From contig CP068257.2 in the NCBI GenBank assembly GCA_009914755.4, positions 6,784,001 to 6,848,000 of the forward strand: a DNA stretch of 64,000 bases, in the 5' to 3' direction. Under the pieces are notes generated by a model. It ran no database searches, had not been told where the DNA came from, and was given only the letters and a program-made list of their open reading frames with translations. Source of the DNA: the human T2T-CHM13v2.0 reference genome, Homo sapiens. Each line of letters opens with the position of its first letter. Position 1 is the first letter of the stretch. Positions 57,401 to 64,000 of this stretch are shown here, one piece after another. The position numbers and the translations under genes were made by a program.

Positions 57401-60400
57401 TGCAATGGAATGGAATGGAATGGAATGGAATACAACAAAATGGAAACAACCCGAGTGGAATGGCATGGAATGGAAAGGACTTAAATATAATGGAATGGAT
57501 TGGAATAAACCCAATTAGAAACTAATGGAATGGAATGGAATGGAATGGAATGGAATCTACCCGAGTGGAATGGAATGGAATGGAATTTAATGGAATGGAA
57601 TGGAATGGAATGGAATGGAACGGAATGGAATGGAATGGAATGTACCCGAGTGGAATGGAATGGAATGGAATTTAATGGAATGGAATGGAATAGAATGGTA
57701 TGGAATCAACCCGAGTGGAATGGTATAGTATGGAATGTAATGGAACGGAATGCAATGCAATAAAATGGAATGCAATGGAATGGACACAACCCAAGTGGAA
57801 TGGAATGGAATAACCGGAGAGGAATGGAATGGAATGGAGTGGAATGGAATGGAATAGAATGGATTGGAATGGAATGGAATAGAAAGAAATGGAAAGGAAT
57901 GGAATGGAAACAACCCGAGTGGAATGGAATGGAATGGAATGGAATCAACACGAGTGGAATGGAATGGAATGGAATGGAATGGAATGGAATGGAATGGAAC
58001 GGAATATAATGGACTGGAATGGAGTCATCCCGAGTGGAATGGAATGGTATGGAATGCAATGGAATGGAATGGAACAGAACGAAATGAAATGCAATGGAAT
58101 AGATTGAATGCGAGTGGAATTGAATGGAATGGAATGGATTGGAATGGAAAGGTATGGATTGGAGAGGAATTGAATGGAATCAACACGAATGGAAAGGAAG
58201 GCAATGGAATGGAATGCAAAGGAACGGAATGGAATCATCCAGAATGGAATGGAATGGAATGGAATGAAATTGAATGGAATGGAATGGAATGGTATAGAAT
58301 GACCCGAGTGTAATGGTATAGAATGCAATGGAATGGAACGGAATGGAATGGAATAAAATGGAAAGGAATGGAATGGAATCGACCCGAGTGAAATGGAATG
58401 GAATGGAATGGAAAGGAAGTGAATCAACCTGAGTGGAATGGAATGGAATGGAATGGAATGGAATGGAATGGAATGGAATGGAATCAACCAGAATGGAGTG
58501 GAACAAAATGGAATGGAATGGAATGGAATGCAATGGAATCAATTGGAATGGAATGGAATGGATTGGAATGGAACAGAATCAACACGAATCAAATGGAATG
58601 GAATGGAATGGAATGCAATGGAATGGAATGGAATGGAAACTACTGGAATGGAATAGAATCAACCTGACTGGAATGGAATGCAATGGAATGGAATGGAATG
58701 AAATGGAATGGAAAGGAATAGAATGAAATCAACACTAGTGGAATGAATGGAATGGAATGGAAAGGAATGGAATGGAATGGAATGGAATCAACACGAATGG
58801 AATGGAACGGAATGGAATGGAATGGAATGGAATGGAATGGAATGTAACGGAATGGAATGCAATGGAATCAACTGGAATGGAATGGAATGGATTGGAATGG
58901 AACGGAATCAACATGAATCAAATGGAATGGAATGGAATGGAATGCAATGGAATGGAATGGAATGGAATGGAAACTACTGGAATGGAATAGAATCAACCCG
59001 ACTGGAATGGAATGCATTGGAATGGAATGGAATGAAATGGAATGGAAAGGAATGGAATGGAATCAACACTAGTGGAATGAATGGAATGCAATGGAAAGGA
59101 TTGGAATGGAATGGAACAGAATGGAATGGTATGGAATCAATCCGAGAGGAATAGTATGGAATGGAATGGAAAGGAACGAAATGGAATGGAATAAAATGTA
59201 ATTGAATGCAATGGAATCAACCCGAGTGAAATGGAATGGAATGGAATGGAATGGAATGGAATGCAATCAATCCGACTGGAATGCAATGGAATGGAATGGA
59301 AGGGAATGGAATGTAATGGAATCAACAAGAGTGGAATGGAATGGAATGGAATGGAATGGAATGGAATGGAATGGAATGGAATGGAATGGAAAAGAATCTA
59401 CCTATGTCAAATGGAATGGAATCGAATGGAATGGAAATTACTGGAATGGAATGGAAACAAACCGAGTGTAATGGAATGCATTGGAATGTAATGGAATGGA
59501 ATGGAATGGAATCAACACTAGTGGAATGAATGGAATGGAATGGAGAGGAATGGAATGCAATGGAGCGGAAAGGAATGGTATGGAATCATCCTGAGAGGAA
59601 TAGTATGGAATGGAATGGAATGGAACGGAATGGAATGGAATAAAATGTAATTGAATGCAATGGAATCAACCCGAGTGAAATAGAATGGAATGGAATGGAA
59701 TGGAATGCAATCAATCCGACTGGAATGCAATGGAATGGAATGGAAGGGAATGGAATGTAATGGAATCAACAAGAGTGGAATAAAATGGAATGCAACGGAA
59801 TCACCCCGAGTGGAATGAAATGGAATATAATGCAATGAAATGGAATGGAATCAACACTAGTGGAATGGAATAGAATGGAATGGAATGGAATGGAACGGAA
59901 TGCAAGGCAATGTAATCAACTGGAATGGAATGGAATGGAATGGAATGGATTGGAATGGAATGGAATGGAGTGGAATGGAGTGGAATGGAATAACATGCAA
60001 CCAACTTTGGTGGAATGGTATGGAATGGAATGGAAAGGAATGCAACGGAGTGGAATAAAAAAGGCATGGAATGGAACTGATTCAACCCGAATGGAATGGA
60101 ACGGAATGGAATGCAATGGAATCAACTGGAATGGAGTGGAATGGATTGGAATGGAACGGAATCAACCTGAGCGAAATAGAATGGAATGGAATAGATTGGA
60201 AACTACTGGAAGGGAATGGAAACAACCTGACTGGAATGGAATGCAATGGAATGGAATGGAATGGAATGGAATGGAATGGAATGGAATGGAATGGAATGGA
60301 AACAACCCGAATGAAATGGAATGGAATGGAAAGGAATGAATGCAATGGAATGGAATGGGATGGTATGGAATGCAATGGGATGGAATTGAATGGAATGGAA

Positions 60401-63400
60401 CGGAATGGAACGGAATGGAATGGACCTCAATGGAATGGAATGGAATGGAATGGATTGGAATGGGATGGAACGGAATTAACCCGAGTGGAATGGAATGGAA
60501 TGGAATGGAACGGAATGGAATGGAATGGAATGGACCCCAATGGAATGGAATGGAATGGAATGGAATGGAATGGAATCAACCCGAGTGGAATGTAATGGAA
60601 TGGAATGCAATGAAATGGAACGGTATGGAATCAACACTAGTGGAATGGTGTGGAATGGAATGGAACGGAACGGAATGGAATGGAATGGAATCAACGTGAA
60701 TGGAATGGAATGGAATGGAATGGAATGGAATGGAATGGAATCAACCAGAGTGGAATGGAATGGAATGGAATGTAACGGAAGGGAATGTAATGGAATCAAA
60801 TGGAATGGAATGGAATGGAATCAACCTGAGTCAAATGGAATGGAATGGAATGGAATGGAATGGACTGGAAACTACTGGAATGGAATGGAAACAACCCGAG
60901 TGGCATGGAATGCAATGGAATGGAATGGAATGGAACGGAATGGAATGGAATGGAATGGACTGGAAACTACTGGAATGGAATGGAAACAACCCGAGTGGCA
61001 TGGAATGCAATGGAATGGAATGGAATGGAATGGAATGGAATGGAATGGAAGGTAAAGGAATGGAATGGAATCAACCAGCCTGGAATGAAATGGAATGGAA
61101 AGGAATGAATGGAATGGAATGGAATGGAATGGAATGGAGTAAACCCGAGTGGAATGGAATGGAATGCAATGGAATGGAATGGAATGCAGTGGAATGGAAT
61201 GGAATGAAATGGAATGGAATGGATTGGAATGGAATTGAATGGAATCAACCGTAGTGGCATGGAATGTAATGGAATGGAGTGGAATGCAATGGAATGGAAT
61301 GGAATGGAATGGAATTGAAGGGAATTGACCCGAATGGAACGGATTGGAATGGAATGGAATGGAATGGAATCAAATGGAATGGAATGGAATGGTATGGGAT
61401 GAACCCGAGTGGAATGGTATGGAATGGAATGGAATGGAACGGAATCGAATGGAATAAAATGGAAAGGAATGGAATGGAATCAACCAGACTGAAATGCAAT
61501 GGAATGGAATGGAAAGGAATCAAGCGGAGTGGAATAGAATGGAATGGAGTGGAATTGAATGGAATGGAATGGAATGGAATGAAATGGAAAGGAACGGAAT
61601 GGAATCACCCCGAGTGGAATGGAACAGAATGGAATGGAATGGAATCAACCTGCGTGGAATGGAATGGAACGGAATGGAATGCGATGGAATGGAACGGAAT
61701 GGAATGGAATGGAACGGAATCATCCTGAGTGGAATGGAATGGTATGGACAGCAATGGAATGCAATGGAACAGAATGGAATGGAATGGAATGGAATAAACT
61801 GAATCCGAGTGAAATTGAATGGAATGGATTGGATTGGAATGGAATGGAAGGGATTGGAATGCAATGGAATGGATTCACCCAAGTGGAATGTAACAGTTAG
61901 GAATGGAGTGGAATGGAATGGATTGGAATGGAACCAACACGAATGGAATGGAACGCAATGGAAACGAATGGTATGGAATGGAATTGAATGGAAAGGAATC
62001 AACCCGAATGGAATGGAATGGAATGGAATGGAATGGAATGGAATGGAATGGAATGGAATCAACCAGAGAGCAATGCAATGGAATGGATTGCAACGGAATG
62101 GAATGGAATGTAACGGAACGGAACAAATGGAATGAACCCTAATGGAATGGAATGGAATGGAATGGATTGGAATGGAATGGAATGGAATCAACCAGAGTGG
62201 AATGGAATGGAATGGAATGGAGTGGAATGGAATGGAATTGAATGGAATGGAATAGAATGGAATCAACCCGAATGGAATGGAATGGAATGGAATGGAATGG
62301 AATGGAATGGAATGGAAAGGAATGGAATGCATTTGACTGGAATGGAATACAATGGAATCAAGTGGAATGGAATGCAATGGAATGGAATGGAAAGGAACTG
62401 CATCAACCTGAGTGGAATGGAATGGAATGGAAAGGAATGGATTGGAATGGAATGGAATGGAATCAACCCGAGTGGAGTTGAATAAAATGGAATGGAATGG
62501 AATGGAATGGAATGGAATGGAATGGAATCAACTGGAATGGAATAGAATCAACCCGAGTGGAGTGGAATAAATGGAGTGGAATGGAATGGAATCAAGCCGA
62601 GTGGAACGGAATGGAATAGAATGGAATGGAATGGAATGGAATGGAATCAACCTGAGTGGAGTGGAATAAAATGGAATGGAATGGAATGGAATCAAGCCGA
62701 GTGGAATGGAATGGAATGGAATGGAGTGGAATGGAATGGAATCAACCCGAGTGGAATGGAATGGAATGGAATGGAATGGAATGGAATGGAATGGAATGGA
62801 ATGCAATAGAATCAACTGGAATGGAATGGAATGGAATGGAATGGAATGGAATGGAATGGAAAGAATCAACCTGAGTCAAATGGAATGGAATGGAATGGAA
62901 TGGAATGGAATGGAATGGAATGGAATGGAAACTACTGGAATGGAATGGAAACAAACCGAATGGAATGGAATGCATTGGAATGTAATGGAAAGGAATGGAA
63001 TGGAATCAACCCTAGAGGAATGAATGGAATGAAATGGAAAGGAATGGAATGGAATGGAGCAGAATTGAATGGTATGGATTCAACCGGAGAGGAATAGTAT
63101 GGAATGGAATGGAATGGAACGGAATGGAATGGAATAAAATGTAATTGAATGGAATAGAATCAACCCACAGGAAATGTAATATAATGGAATGGAATGGAAT
63201 GGAATGAACCCGAGTGGAATGCAATGGAATGGAATGGAATGGAATGGAATGGAATGGAATAAACCATAGTGGAAAGAAATGGAATATAATGCAATAGAAT
63301 TGAATGGAATCAACCCCAGTGGAGTGGAACAGAATGGAATGAAAAGTAACAGAATGGAAGGCAATGCAATGAACTGGAATGGAATGGAAAGCAATGGAAT

Positions 63401-64000
63401 GGAATGGAATGGAATGGAGTCAATCCGGGTGGAATGGAATGGAATGGAATGGAATGGAATGGAATGGAAAGGAATGCATTGGAATGGAATTGAATGGAGT
63501 GGAATGGAATGGAATGGAATGGAATGGAAAGGAATGCATTGGAATGGAATTGAATGGAGTGGAATGGAATGGTATGGCATGGAATGGAATATACCCGAAT
63601 GGAATGGAACAGAATGGAATGGAAAGGAATGGAAAGGAATGGAATGGAATGGAGTGGAATGGAATGGAACGCTACGGAGTCAAACCGGGTCTAATGGAAA
63701 TAAATGGAATGGAATGGAATGGAATCAACCCGAATGGAATGGAATGGAATGGAATGGAAAGGAAAGAATGGAATGGAAGGTCATGGAATCAACCCGAGTG
63801 GAATGGAATGGAATGGAATGGAATGGAATGGAATGGAATGGAATGGAATGGAATGCAAAGGAATGGAATGGAATGGAATGGAATGCAAAGGAATGGAATG
63901 GAATGGAACGGAAAGAAACGGAATGGAATGTCACGGAATGGAATGAACCCGAATGGAATGGAATGGAATGGATTGGAATGGAATGGAATGGAATCAACTC

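Larger units (their letters stand above)
1..64000. repeat. Satellite III (HSat3) pericentromeric satellite; (GGAAT)n on + strand = (CATTC)n on - strand, with CAACCCGAGT-family interruptions; spans the entire window
   Basis: Seen directly: >90% of bases sit in GGAAT/GGAAC/GGAAA pentamer phase. CAACCCGAGT, CAACCTGAGT, CAACACGAGT, CATCCCGAGT, CCACCCGAGT, CTACCCGAGT, CAACCCGATT etc. recur every ~50-120 bp. Established knowledge: HSat3 is defined as diverged (CATTC)n with interspersed CAACCCGA(A/G)T-like decamers. No stretch >~40 bp departs from this composition. Confidence 0.95.
48479..64000. repeat. Older, more diverged HSat3 layer flanking the HOR array; same pentamer/decamer grammar but no long matches to the HOR
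   Basis: After 48478 no artefact-ORF translation or 100-bp stretch recurs at the 7.9/15.4 kb offsets. Sequences are recognisable paralogues of HOR parts at roughly 85-90% by eye (e.g. 52089..52850 vs 13842..14258 / 1068..1967). Confidence 0.7.

Noticed and set aside
1-64000. CRISPR array or other prokaryotic repeat-spacer structure
   Set aside because: The repeats are 5-bp units with irregular decamer interruptions, not 25-40 bp direct repeats separated by unique spacers. No cas-like coding sequence. Composition and HOR architecture are eukaryotic satellite.
1-64000. Embedded transposable elements (Alu, L1, SVA) or other non-satellite inserts that often punctuate satellite arrays
   Set aside because: Scanning by eye, I found no stretch longer than ~40 bp that leaves the GGAAT/decamer grammar. 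There are no poly-A tails, target-site duplications or GC-rich Alu-like segments.

Overview
The whole 64 kb window is tandem pentameric satellite DNA: (GGAAT)n on the given strand, (CATTC)n on the other, interrupted every ~50-120 bp by CAACCCGAGT-type decamers and their CpG-decayed variants. This is the signature of hominoid Satellite III (HSat3) pericentromeric heterochromatin, not a prokaryotic or gene-bearing region. I find no credible protein-coding genes, RNA genes, CRISPR arrays, transposon insertions or defence/novel 'system'. Every ORF in the six-frame track is the low-complexity translation of the pentamer repeat (MEWNG... on +, IPFHS... on -) and is artefactual. What the window does contain is layered repeat architecture. 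(1) A young, highly homogenised higher-order repeat (HOR) array occupies ~1-48478. It consists of four full units in the order short(7.9 kb)-long(15.4 kb)-long(15.4 kb)-short(7.9 kb), plus a truncated fifth copy. Same-type copies differ almost only by GGAAT run-length changes. (2) At ~48478 there is a sharp junction that looks like an unequal-exchange breakpoint between paralogous sites ~680 bp apart. (3) Distal to it (48.5-64 kb) lies an older, more diverged HSat3 layer. It includes two stretches (49.9-51.4 kb and 54.3-57.4 kb) of a ~350-400 bp sub-repeat identical in motif content to the HOR 'head'. (4) A recurring ~100 bp landmark element and nested 1.6/2.4/3.8 kb internal paralogies reveal an ancient ~2 kb periodicity beneath the HOR. 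All identity statements are by-eye comparisons of selected stretches and of the supplied ORF translations; I could not run alignments. Chromosome of origin cannot be assigned from sequence alone.
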